From the NCBI GenBank assembly GCA_963700145.1, contig OY969474.1, forward strand, positions 4,384,001 to 4,448,000: DNA of 64,000 nt, given 5' to 3'. The notes beneath the pieces were generated by a model. The model did no database searches. It saw only the letters and a program-made list of their open reading frames with translations, and had not been told where the DNA came from. The DNA comes from an uncultured Acidobacteriota bacterium. Lineage in GTDB: Bacteria; Acidobacteriota; Thermoanaerobaculia; Multivoradales; UBA5704. Positions 28,603 through 36,823 of this stretch are shown piece after piece (position 1 is the stretch's first letter; every line of letters begins with the position of its first letter). The position numbers and the translations under genes were made by a program.

Positions 28603-28857
28603 CTACGTCACGCAGCGCACGGGGTTGCCGAACGGATCGAGACAGTTGCCTTCCGTCGGGCGCGGCGGCGGCGACCCCAGGCCGTCGCGGCCGAACCAGG
28701 CCGTCACCCGGCTCAGCCAGCCGGAGAGCCGCTCGATCGTCGCGAGCGAGAAGGGATCGACGCGCGGGTGGAGGGGCAGGGCGGCGAGAGGGGGAGCGAC
28801 GGCCAGGGCGACGGTCAGGGTGAATGCTGCCAGGAGGAGGCCGCGGCGAGCTCGCAT
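28603..28857 (-). CDS. Small secreted protein/peptide precursor (84 aa) ending EGNCLDPFGNPVRCVT
   Basis: Sec signal peptide (RARR, hydrophobic core, PLAA); GAAGGA RBS; sigma54-like promoter upstream; fills the gap before the TPR gene. Confidence 0.7.
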   Translation of the reverse strand: MRARRGLLLAAFTLTVALAVAPPLAALPLHPRVDPFSLATIERLSGWLSRVTAWFGRDGLGSPPPRPTEGNCLDPFGNPVRCVT

Positions 28858-28927
28858 CGGAGTTCCTTCTTCCGGCCGCGAGACTCGACGTCATGTCGGG
28901 GTCTTGCCGGAACTGCACAGGGAACGA

Positions 28928-28944
28928 TGCAGAAAGCGCGCCAG
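28928..28944 (-). promoter_or_regulatory. Sigma54 (-24/-12) promoter candidate
   Basis: Minus strand cTGGCGCGCTTTCTGCA = GG-N10-GC, about 70 nt upstream of the small ORF. Confidence 0.6.
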
Positions 28945-28947
28945 CGA

Positions 28948-30669
28948 TTAAGGCAGGGCGCCGACGAAGCCGGCCCGCTCGAGGTAGAGCAGGATCTCCT
29001 GCGCCGCCTCCTCCGGGGTGGCCTCGGAGGCGTCGATCGACAGCTCGGCGTCGAGGGGCGGCTCGTAGGGGTCGGAGATGCCGGTGAACTCGGGGATGAG
29101 CCCGGCCCGCGCCTTGGCGTAGAGGCCCTTGCGGTCGCGCTCCTCGCAGACGGCGAGGGGCGTCGCCACGTGCACCAGCACGAACCCGCCGCCCGGCTCG
29201 ACCATCCGCCGCACCTCCTTGCGCACCGCATCGTAGGGGGCGATCGGGGCGCAGAGCGCGATGCCGCCGTTCTTGGTGATCTCGGAGGCGACGAAGCCGA
29301 TGCGGCGGATGTTGATGTCGCGGTGGGCCTTCGAGAAGGTGAGCTCGGAGGAGAGGTGCTTGCGCACGATGTCGCCGTCGAGGAGGGTGACCGGCCGGCC
29401 GCCCATCTCCAGGAGCTTGACCAGCAGCACGCCGGCGATCGTCGACTTGCCGGCGCCCGAGAGGCCGGTCAGGAAGACGGTGAAGCCCTGCCGGTGGCGC
29501 GGCGGGTGGGTGCGGCGCAGCTCGGCCGCCACCTCGGGGTAGGTGAACCAGGCCGGGATCTCCCGCCCTTCGGCGAGGCGCGAGCGGAGGTCGGTGCCGG
29601 AAATTGTCAGGGTGCGGGCACCCTGCGGCACTTGGTCCTCCGGCAGGTAGGAGTCCGAGTCCTCGACGTAGACCAGGTTCTGGAAGGGCACCATCTCGAC
29701 CCCCAGCTCGGCCTCGTGCGCGCGCAGCATCTGCTGTGCGTCGTAGGGGCCGTAGAAGGGGCGCCCGCGCGAGTCGTTGCCGGGGCCGGCGTGGTCACGG
29801 CCGACGATGAAGTGGGTGCAGCCGAAGTTCTTGCGCACGATGGCGTGGAAGAGGGCCTCGCGCGGCCCGGCCATGCGCATCGACAGCGGCAGCAGGGCGA
29901 GCATCGCCGTCTGCCGCGGGAAGCGCTCGAGCACCGCCTGGTAGCAGCGCACGCGGGTGTAATGGTCGAGGTCGCCCGGCTTGGTCATGCCGACGACCGG
30001 ATGGATGAGGAGGTTGGCCTGCGCCTGCTTGGCGGCGGCGAGCGCCAGCTCGCAGTGCGCGCGGTGCATCGGGTTGCGGGTCTGGAAGGCGACCACCCGG
30101 CGCCAACCGCGGCGGGTGAGCTCCTCGCGCACCTCGGCCGGGGTGAGGCGCAGGGAGCGGAAGTCGTAGTGGGCGGGGAGCTGGATGCCTTCGAGCCGGC
30201 CGGCGACGGCCAGCCACCCCTCGCGCTCGTAGAGGTCGGCGACGCCGGGATGCTTGCGGTCGGTGGTGCCGAAGACCGCCTCGGCGACGGGCTCGCGCTC
30301 GCGCTCCCAGGTCTCCTCGACGGTGAGCGCCGCGAGCATGACGCCTTCGGCGTCGCGCAGCGCCAGCGCCGCGCCGGGGCGGAGCCGCGCCCCCAGCTCC
30401 GGCGGCACTTCCAGCGCCACCGGCAAGGGCCAGAGCGTGCCGTCCGCCAAGCGCATTCGCTCGCAGACCGCGTCGTGGTCGGCGCGCCCGAGGAAGCCGG
30501 TGAGCGGCGAGAAGGCGCCGGAGAGGAGCAGCTCGAGGTCGCACTGTTGGCGCGCCGTCAGGTCCCAGGAGGGCCAGTCGCGCGAGGCGGCCTTGAGCTC
30601 CGCCGCCCGTTCGGGCGCGGCGAGCAGGTCGAGCAGACGACCGCCGTGCGGCTCGATCAGGTGGTCGAT
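28948..30669 (-). CDS. sat: Bifunctional sulfate adenylyltransferase / adenylylsulfate kinase (PAPS synthesis)
   Basis: LIEPHGG, DLELLLSGAFSPLTGF, AFQTRNPMHRAH, GRDHAG, TGLSGAGKST, LDGD, KGLYAKARAG, FTGISDPYE; family-like sequence extends 71 codons above the first ATG, up to an ATC codon. Confidence 0.92.
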   Translation of the reverse strand: MDHLIEPHGGRLLDLLAAPERAAELKAASRDWPSWDLTARQQCDLELLLSGAFSPLTGFLGRADHDAVCERMRLADGTLWPLPVALEVPPELGARLRPGAALALRDAEGVMLAALTVEETWEREREPVAEAVFGTTDRKHPGVADLYEREGWLAVAGRLEGIQLPAHYDFRSLRLTPAEVREELTRRGWRRVVAFQTRNPMHRAHCELALAAAKQAQANLLIHPVVGMTKPGDLDHYTRVRCYQAVLERFPRQTAMLALLPLSMRMAGPREALFHAIVRKNFGCTHFIVGRDHAGPGNDSRGRPFYGPYDAQQMLRAHEAELGVEMVPFQNLVYVEDSDSYLPEDQVPQGARTLTISGTDLRSRLAEGREIPAWFTYPEVAAELRRTHPPRHRQGFTVFLTGLSGAGKSTIAGVLLVKLLEMGGRPVTLLDGDIVRKHLSSELTFSKAHRDINIRRIGFVASEITKNGGIALCAPIAPYDAVRKEVRRMVEPGGGFVLVHVATPLAVCEERDRKGLYAKARAGLIPEFTGISDPYEPPLDAELSIDASEATPEEAAQEILLYLERAGFVGALP

Positions 30670-30697
30670 GGACGTGGGCGGTGCGGCGAGCCGGCGC

Positions 30698-31321
30698 TTA
30701 CGGTCGGGAAGGCGACGGCTCGTCGTCGATGATCAGGATGCCGGTGATCGGCACGGCCGCCAGTGCGGTCGGCAGCTTCCACCAGGCGACCACGCAGGCG
30801 CGGCAGAACTCGTCGGCGCGCCGGATCCCCTGAAAGTTGACGCGCGTGACGATGCCGTCGCAGAGGAAGCCCAGCACCGGCTTGTGGCCCTGCTGCTGCG
30901 CGATGGTCTCGCCGACCGTCAGGTTGCTGGCCACGCCCTCTTCCCGCTCCGCCAGGCGCACCGGACAGTTGCCGTTGACTTTCGCCCTGCGCACGGCGCT
31001 CTTCGCCACCTCCGTGCCCGCGGCGTCGACGAGGGCGGCGTAGTACTCCACCTCCTCGTTGCGCCGTTCCGGCCGCGGGAAGACGCCCCAGTAGCGGCCG
31101 CCTCCCGCGGGCTCCAGCTCCACCCAGTAGGTCTCGCCGTGGTCGCGCCATTTGAAGTAGAGGCGCGGGGACTCGCCGGCGGGCTCGTTGGTGGCGGTCG
31201 CCTTGACGAGAGCGTTGTCGCCCACGGGGATGCACTGCAGCTGCTCGATCTCGATCGTCTGGGCGTGGATGGCGGTCGCTGCGAGGAGCGCCGCGCCGGC
31301 TGCGATGAGGATCCGCTTCAT
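30698..31321 (-). CDS. Secreted hypothetical protein (beta-sandwich-like, Cys-containing, C-terminal hydrophobic segment plus SPSRP)
   Basis: Signal peptide MKRILIAAGAALLAATAIHA; GGGAG RBS; VEYYAALVDAAG. Confidence 0.7.
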   Translation of the reverse strand: MKRILIAAGAALLAATAIHAQTIEIEQLQCIPVGDNALVKATATNEPAGESPRLYFKWRDHGETYWVELEPAGGGRYWGVFPRPERRNEEVEYYAALVDAAGTEVAKSAVRRAKVNGNCPVRLAEREEGVASNLTVGETIAQQQGHKPVLGFLCDGIVTRVNFQGIRRADEFCRACVVAWWKLPTALAAVPITGILIIDDEPSPSRP

Positions 31322-31349
31322 GGCCACAATCTCCCGAAAGGGTGCTTCC

Positions 31350-31378
31350 ACATTAGGCGGAAGCCGTTCTCCTGTCAA
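31350..31378 (-). promoter_or_regulatory. Sigma70 promoter candidate
   Basis: Minus strand TTGACA-17 bp-TAATGT upstream of 31321. Confidence 0.65.
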
Positions 31379-32772
31379 CGTCCGCCGGTGCCGCCGCTGG
31401 TCCGCGAGCGCAGGATGCGCTTCGCGTACGCGTCGACGTACGGCGTGCGTTCGAGGTTGGGAAGCGAACGTTCGAGGGCGCTGGCGGCGGCCTCCCTCTC
31501 CCCTGATTCGTAGAGCGCCACCGCGAGGTAGAAGAGCAGCTCGGGGCGCGCGTCGCCGGGGTCGCCGCCGCGCTTGAAGTACGAAGCGGCATCCTGCCAG
31601 CGGGCGGAGCGGTAGGCGGCCTCGGCGGCCAAGTGCTGCGCCTCGCGCGAGCCCGGATTGGCGTCGGCCAGCTCGCGGGCGAGGGTGAGCCCCTGGCGCA
31701 ATTCGTCCTGGACGCCGGTCGCGAGGAGGCGCCGCACCCGGTCGAGGCCCTCGGCGAGGGGGACCTGCGGCGCCGGCGCGGCGGTCGGCTTCGCGGGGGC
31801 GGCGGTCGTCTCGCGCGGGTTGACCGGCGGCTGCCTGGCGCCGGCCGGGGTCCGCGCCGCGGCAGCCGGCGGCCGCCCCGCCGGCGGTGTCGCCGCCGTC
31901 GCCTGCGCCGCGGCGAGGCCCTTCTGAACCCGCTGCGCGAGCCCCGCGATCTGGCGTTCGCGCGCCACCTCCGGGGGTAGAGCGCGCACCAGCTCGTCGG
32001 CCTTCAGCCATTCCCCCGCGCCGGCCCAGCAGCCGAGGAGCGCCGCGGCGTAGGCCGTCTCGCGGCGGGAGCGGGCGCAGGGCTGGAGGTCCGCCACCGC
32101 CTCGGGGCAGCGCTCGGCGCGCGCCAGGGCGAGCCCGCGCACGCAGAGCGCCCGCGGGTCCTCCGGCGCCAGCGTCGCCGCCCGCCGCGCGCGCTCGAGC
32201 CCCGGCGCGGCCTGCCCCTCGGCCAGGTCCAGCTCGGCGAGGAGAACGTGCCAGAGCGCCGTCTGGGGTTCCTTCTGCACTCGCGCCTCCAGCTCCTTGC
32301 GCCGCTGCTTGGCGGGCAGCGCTGTCAGCTGCGCCTCGGCCTTGCGCAGCGCGAGGCCGGCGAAGACCGGCACCTGCGCCAACGTGGCGGGGGGCATGGC
32401 GGCCACGGTGCGCTCCTCGAACGCCGCGCGCACCTCGGCCGGCACCTCGGCCTGCCGGTAGCCGCCGAACCGCTCCTCGAGCTCGACCACCCGGCGGAAG
32501 GTCTCGGCGAAGCCGTCGCCGTCCGCCGCCTTGGCCTGCGCCGCGCCGAGGCGGGTCAGGCAGCCGGTGAGAAGGACCGGCTGCTCGAGGTAGCCGAAGC
32601 AGGCGAGGCGCAGATCGCGCGCCGCGGCGGCGAACTCGCCCCGGTCGTAGGCGTAGGCGCCGTCGCGCAGCAGGGCGCTGTAGAAGGGATCGATCTCCTG
32701 CGCCGCGGCCGGCACGGACGCGCAGAGGATCGACGTGAAAACGAGGGAGGATCGAAGGCTGCGAAACACCAC
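31375..32772 (-). CDS. Secreted TPR-repeat protein
   Basis: GAGGAG RBS; signal peptide ending PAAA-QE; TPR-like helices; Pro/Ala linker; ELLFYLAVALYESG. Confidence 0.7.
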   Translation of the reverse strand: MVFRSLRSSLVFTSILCASVPAAAQEIDPFYSALLRDGAYAYDRGEFAAAARDLRLACFGYLEQPVLLTGCLTRLGAAQAKAADGDGFAETFRRVVELEERFGGYRQAEVPAEVRAAFEERTVAAMPPATLAQVPVFAGLALRKAEAQLTALPAKQRRKELEARVQKEPQTALWHVLLAELDLAEGQAAPGLERARRAATLAPEDPRALCVRGLALARAERCPEAVADLQPCARSRRETAYAAALLGCWAGAGEWLKADELVRALPPEVARERQIAGLAQRVQKGLAAAQATAATPPAGRPPAAAARTPAGARQPPVNPRETTAAPAKPTAAPAPQVPLAEGLDRVRRLLATGVQDELRQGLTLARELADANPGSREAQHLAAEAAYRSARWQDAASYFKRGGDPGDARPELLFYLAVALYESGEREAAASALERSLPNLERTPYVDAYAKRILRSRTSGGTGGR

Positions 32773-32783
32773 CAAAAGACTCC

Positions 32784-33536
32784 TCAGACCCGGCTCTCGG
32801 TCTGCTGGTGCGCCGCGGCGAGCGGGAGGTCCGCCACCACGGCGCGGGGGTTGTCTTCGGTCAACTGCTGCGCCACCTCCTCGCCCCAGCGCGCGGCGAC
32901 CTCGGCACGGGCGCGGCGCAGCCCGGGCGGGCGGCGGTAAGGGTCGTGCGCGTCGCTGGCCAGGAAGTGCGCCAGCCCGGCGTCGATCAGGCGGTGCGCG
33001 GCGGCCTCCGGACGGTGCCCGAAGTCGCCGGTGACGCTCATCGCCGTCACCTGCATCGCCGCCCCCAGCTCGACCAGCCGTTCGACGAGCGGCGTGTCCT
33101 CGGCCAGCCAGGAGATCAGCTCCGGGTGGGCGAGGACCGGCCGCCACCCCGCGATTACCAGCTCGTGCACCAGCTCGATCGCCTGCCGCGCGCGGCAGGC
33201 GCCGTCGAACTCGACGAGCAGGTAGCGCGAGCCGGCGAGCGGCTGGAGACCGCTCTCTGGCAACCGCGCCAGCTCGGCGAGGAGCTGCGAATCGATGCGG
33301 ATCTCGCCTCCCGGCAGGATGCGCGGCCGTGTCCCCACCGCCGCCTGCAGCTCCTCGCGCAACCCGTCGAGCGCGGCGGCGTCGCAGTTCCACCAGACGC
33401 CGCGCCGCTGGTGCGGTGTCGCGACCATCGCCTCGCACCCTTCGGCCGCCGCCAGCCGGCACATCGCGACCGCCATCTCCAGGTCGCGGGCGCCGTCGTC
33501 GATGCCGGGCAAGACGTGGCAGTGCAGGTCGATCAT
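32784..33536 (-). CDS. PHP-family tyrosine-protein phosphatase (CpsB/CapC/YwqE)
   Basis: MIDLHCHVLPGIDDGA, ATPH, LAHPE, ASDAH. Confidence 0.92.
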   Translation of the reverse strand: MIDLHCHVLPGIDDGARDLEMAVAMCRLAAAEGCEAMVATPHQRRGVWWNCDAAALDGLREELQAAVGTRPRILPGGEIRIDSQLLAELARLPESGLQPLAGSRYLLVEFDGACRARQAIELVHELVIAGWRPVLAHPELISWLAEDTPLVERLVELGAAMQVTAMSVTGDFGHRPEAAAHRLIDAGLAHFLASDAHDPYRRPPGLRRARAEVAARWGEEVAQQLTEDNPRAVVADLPLAAAHQQTESRV

Positions 33537-33558
33537 GTGCCGCGGCCCCTGACGGATC

Positions 33559-35883
33559 CTACGCCGCCGAGCCGGCCGAGCCGGCCTGGGGCTCGCTCTC
33601 GTAGGCGCTGTAGGACTCGTAGTAGCGGTAGCGCTTGCCGGCGGCCCCCTGCGCGCTGCGGAAGCGGTTGAGCACCGCCCCCAGCACCTTGACCTCTGCC
33701 TGGCGCAGCCGGTCGCGGCAGGCCCGCGCGTCCTCGCGCGTCACCTTGCCGGCGCGCAGCGTCAGCACCACGCCGTCGGCCCAGGCGCCGGCGACGATGG
33801 CGTCGGTCACCGGCAGCACCGGCGGCGTGTCGACGACCACGAAATCGAAGCGCGCGCGCACCTGACGCAGCCATTCGCGCATGCGGTCCGAGGCCAGCAG
33901 CTCCGAGGGGTTCGGCGGGATCGGCCCGCACGGCGTGATCCACAGGTTTGGCACCTCGGTGCGCAGGATCACCGCCTCCGCGTCGGCGCCCGCGGTCAGG
34001 TGGTTCACCAGGCCGAGCCGGTTCGAGACCTTGAAGATCTGGTGCAGGCGCGGCTTGCGCAGGTCGCTGTCGACGATCAGCACCTGCCGCCCGAGCTGCG
34101 CCAGGACGACGGCCAGGTTGGTGGCGGTCGCGGTCTTCCCCTCCGAGGCGCCGGCCGAGGTGACGGCCACCACCTTGAGCTCGTCGGCCGAGGAGAGCAG
34201 CAGCGCGGTGCGGAGCGAGCGGTAGGCCTCCGAGATCGGCGTCCGCGGCCGCTCGTGCGGCACGAGCTCGATCTGCGCCGGCTCGGCCTTCTTCTTCTCC
34301 AGCCAGGCCACCGGCGCCCCGCCCGCCGCGCGGGCGCGCGTCGCGGCGTCCCCTTCGGCGCCGTAGGCGTGGCCGTAGCCGTAGCCGTAGCCGCCGCCGT
34401 ACTTCTTCCCCACCTCGGTCAGGTCGGGGATGACCGCCAGGACCGGCATCTCCAGGCGCCGCTCGATCTGCTCCGGGGTCTTTACCGAGCGGTCCAGGAA
34501 CTCGATCAGGAACGCGCAGCCGATCCCCAGGAGCAGGCCGATGAACAGGCCGTAGGTCAGGTCCTGGCGCAGCGAGGGGCGGAACGGCCCTCCCGGCACC
34601 AGGGCCCGGTCGATGATGCGGATGTTCGAGTCGCGGGTGTCTTGCAGGCGCGCCGCGACGTCGGTCTCCGACTGCTTCCGCATCAACTGGTCGAGCATCT
34701 CGCGGCGGCTCTCCACCTCCACCTTGAGGTTGGTGAACTCCACCGCCGCCGAGTTCTGATCGATCGCCTGCGACTTCACGTTGTTCAGCTCGTTGACCAG
34801 CGCCTGCTCCTGGCGCAGCGCCGTCTGATATTCGGCGTAGGCGCTGCCGCGCGCGATGGAGACGCGTTCGTCGATGACGCGGTTGAGGTCCTGGCGCCCC
34901 TTGTCGATCTTGGCCTTGAGCTCCACCATCGACGGCCATTCGGGCTTGAAGGTCTTGAGCTTCATCTCGTACTCGCGCTCCATCCGGATCTGCTCGGCGC
35001 GCTGGTCGCTCACCAGACCGGGGGAGTGACTGTCGGCCACCGCCTCCTTGGGAGCGCTCAGCACCTCCTGGTGCTGCGCCTGCTTCTCCATCCGCCGCCG
35101 CATCGCGTCCATGTAGTCCTTGTTGAGCGTCTCGAGGCGCTGCAGCACGACGTTAGAGCCGGGATCGATGGCGACGATGTCGCTGCGCCGGCTGAAGGCC
35201 TGGAGCCGGGTCTCGCGGTCCTGGATCTCCTGCTTGAGGCCCTCGACCTGCGCCCCCAGGAAGGTGGAGGCCTTGCCGGCGGTGGTGGAGCGGCTCTCGA
35301 TGCCGAGGTCGATGAACTCCTCGGCGAAGGCGTTGGCGGCGCGCGCGGCAAACTCCGGATCGGCCGAGCGGTAGGAAATGTTCACGAGCTGGGTGTTGGC
35401 GATCGGCTGCACCGCGAGGCCGCCGCGCAGCCCTTCCGCAAGCTGCCCGAGCACCGCCTCGTCGTCGGCGGCCGAAGGCGCGGCGCCCTTGGCCGGCTGC
35501 CGCCCGGCCTCGCGATTCGTGCGCGGGTCGCTCATCAGGTCGAGATGGTGGACCACGCGCTCGGCCAAGCCGCGGCTCTCGAGCAGCTTGTACTGGGTCG
35601 GGTAGAACTCCATGTTGTAGTAGTTCTCGAGCCAGGGGTTCTGGTTGCTGCCGACTAGCGGCGTGAGGCTCCGGCGCTCGATCTGCAGTTGCGCGCGCGC
35701 CTCGTACTCCTTCGGTGTGATCAGGAAGTGGATCACCCCCGCGGTCAGGCTGGTGGCGCAGAGCACCGCCACGAGCCGCCAGTGGCGGCGCACCATTCCG
35801 AGGTACTCGGCGATGTTGAACTCCGACTCCGCCGCCGGCGCGGCCGCCGGCGCTTCCTCGAACGGGTTGTTGAGCGCGCTCAA
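33559..35883 (-). CDS. wzc: Polysaccharide co-polymerase / tyrosine autokinase
   Basis: Two TM segments around a periplasmic coiled coil; EAYRSLRT, Walker A SEGKT, DSDLRKP, PPNPSELL, VVDTPP, Tyr-rich tail; TTG start overlaps the wza stop. Confidence 0.92.
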   Translation of the reverse strand: MSALNNPFEEAPAAAPAAESEFNIAEYLGMVRRHWRLVAVLCATSLTAGVIHFLITPKEYEARAQLQIERRSLTPLVGSNQNPWLENYYNMEFYPTQYKLLESRGLAERVVHHLDLMSDPRTNREAGRQPAKGAAPSAADDEAVLGQLAEGLRGGLAVQPIANTQLVNISYRSADPEFAARAANAFAEEFIDLGIESRSTTAGKASTFLGAQVEGLKQEIQDRETRLQAFSRRSDIVAIDPGSNVVLQRLETLNKDYMDAMRRRMEKQAQHQEVLSAPKEAVADSHSPGLVSDQRAEQIRMEREYEMKLKTFKPEWPSMVELKAKIDKGRQDLNRVIDERVSIARGSAYAEYQTALRQEQALVNELNNVKSQAIDQNSAAVEFTNLKVEVESRREMLDQLMRKQSETDVAARLQDTRDSNIRIIDRALVPGGPFRPSLRQDLTYGLFIGLLLGIGCAFLIEFLDRSVKTPEQIERRLEMPVLAVIPDLTEVGKKYGGGYGYGYGHAYGAEGDAATRARAAGGAPVAWLEKKKAEPAQIELVPHERPRTPISEAYRSLRTALLLSSADELKVVAVTSAGASEGKTATATNLAVVLAQLGRQVLIVDSDLRKPRLHQIFKVSNRLGLVNHLTAGADAEAVILRTEVPNLWITPCGPIPPNPSELLASDRMREWLRQVRARFDFVVVDTPPVLPVTDAIVAGAWADGVVLTLRAGKVTREDARACRDRLRQAEVKVLGAVLNRFRSAQGAAGKRYRYYESYSAYESEPQAGSAGSAA

Positions 35884-36746
35884 AAGAAGGACTCCTTGAC
35901 GACGACGACGTCGCCATTGTGCAGCTCGAGGTCCGGCTCCTTGCCGGCGAGGATGCGCTTGTAGTCGACCGTCAGATCGCCGCCCGCCGCCGCGGCACCG
36001 GGAGCGGCGGCCGCCGCGGCGGCGCGCCGGACGACGATGCGGCTCGCCGCGCGGTCGGTCAGCCCGCCGGCGCGCGCGATCGCCGCCAGCAGCGTCACCC
36101 GGTCGGTGCTCTTGAAAGCGATGGCGCCCGGCGTGGCGACCTCGCCCAGGCAATAGATGGTGACCTCCGAAGTCCCCGGGACGTTGATCAGGTCGTTGGC
36201 GATGATCGGCAGATTGACCTTGGGATCGGCCCGCACCAGCAGGTCGTGAGCGTTGACCACGACCTGATCGGAGAGGCCGTTGTCGGCGTGCCGCAGGATG
36301 TAGATCTTGCCGCCGTGTCCCTCGCTCAGGCCGCCGGCGGCGGTGATCGCCTCGAGCAGCGTCCAGCGGCCGGAGAAGGCGAGGGGCCCGGCTTGCCGCA
36401 CCGCGCCGATGACGGTGATCGGCTTGGAGCGGAACTCGAGCACGTCGACGTTGACGGTGGCGCGCTGCACGTAGCGCGAGAGCAGCTCGCGGAGGCGCGC
36501 CTCCAGCTCCTCGGCGGTCAGGCCGACGGCGGCGACGTCCCCGAGCTGCGGCAGGTTGATCATGCCGTTCTCGCCGACCCGCCGCTCGCCATTGAGCTCC
36601 GGCACCTCGTAGACCTGGATCGCCACCAGGTCCTTGGGACCGATGCGATAGCCGGGCGCGCTCGCCGGCGCCTGCGCGAAGGCAGGCGGCAGGAGGGCTA
36701 GAGAAACGGAGGCCAACAGACTGAGGACGGCAGTTCTCGACTTCAT
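35880..36746 (-). CDS. wza: Polysaccharide biosynthesis/export protein (Wza-like, SLBB domains)
   Basis: YRIGPKD, G.INLPQLG, VIGAV, LLEAITAAGGL, GEV, GDVVVV. Confidence 0.85.
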   Translation of the reverse strand: MKSRTAVLSLLASVSLALLPPAFAQAPASAPGYRIGPKDLVAIQVYEVPELNGERRVGENGMINLPQLGDVAAVGLTAEELEARLRELLSRYVQRATVNVDVLEFRSKPITVIGAVRQAGPLAFSGRWTLLEAITAAGGLSEGHGGKIYILRHADNGLSDQVVVNAHDLLVRADPKVNLPIIANDLINVPGTSEVTIYCLGEVATPGAIAFKSTDRVTLLAAIARAGGLTDRAASRIVVRRAAAAAAAPGAAAAGGDLTVDYKRILAGKEPDLELHNGDVVVVKESFF

Positions 36747-36768
36747 AGGCTACTCGCTGTGACGCAAC

Positions 36769-36797
36769 AGTTTACGACGAGAGGGACGGGAGTGCAA
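36769..36797 (-). promoter_or_regulatory. Sigma70 promoter candidate for wza-wzc
   Basis: Minus strand TTGCAC-17 bp-TAAACT. Confidence 0.55.
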
Positions 36798-36823
36798 AAG
36801 AGCTATCGCAATGCGCGCCTAGG

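Noticed and set aside
28603-28857. Small ORF as a second lasso precursor (contains TEG..D)
   Set aside because: It has a Sec signal peptide, no YxxPxL leader motif and no Asp/Glu at core positions 7-9
26956-30732. 1258-aa plus-strand ORF
   Set aside because: Antisense shadow of sat/cysC and the TPR gene; no domain motifs
36747-36760. ops/JUMPStart-like element (cagcgagtagcct) before wza
   Set aside because: Only a partial match to GGCGGTAG, and no RfaH/NusG paralog is in the window
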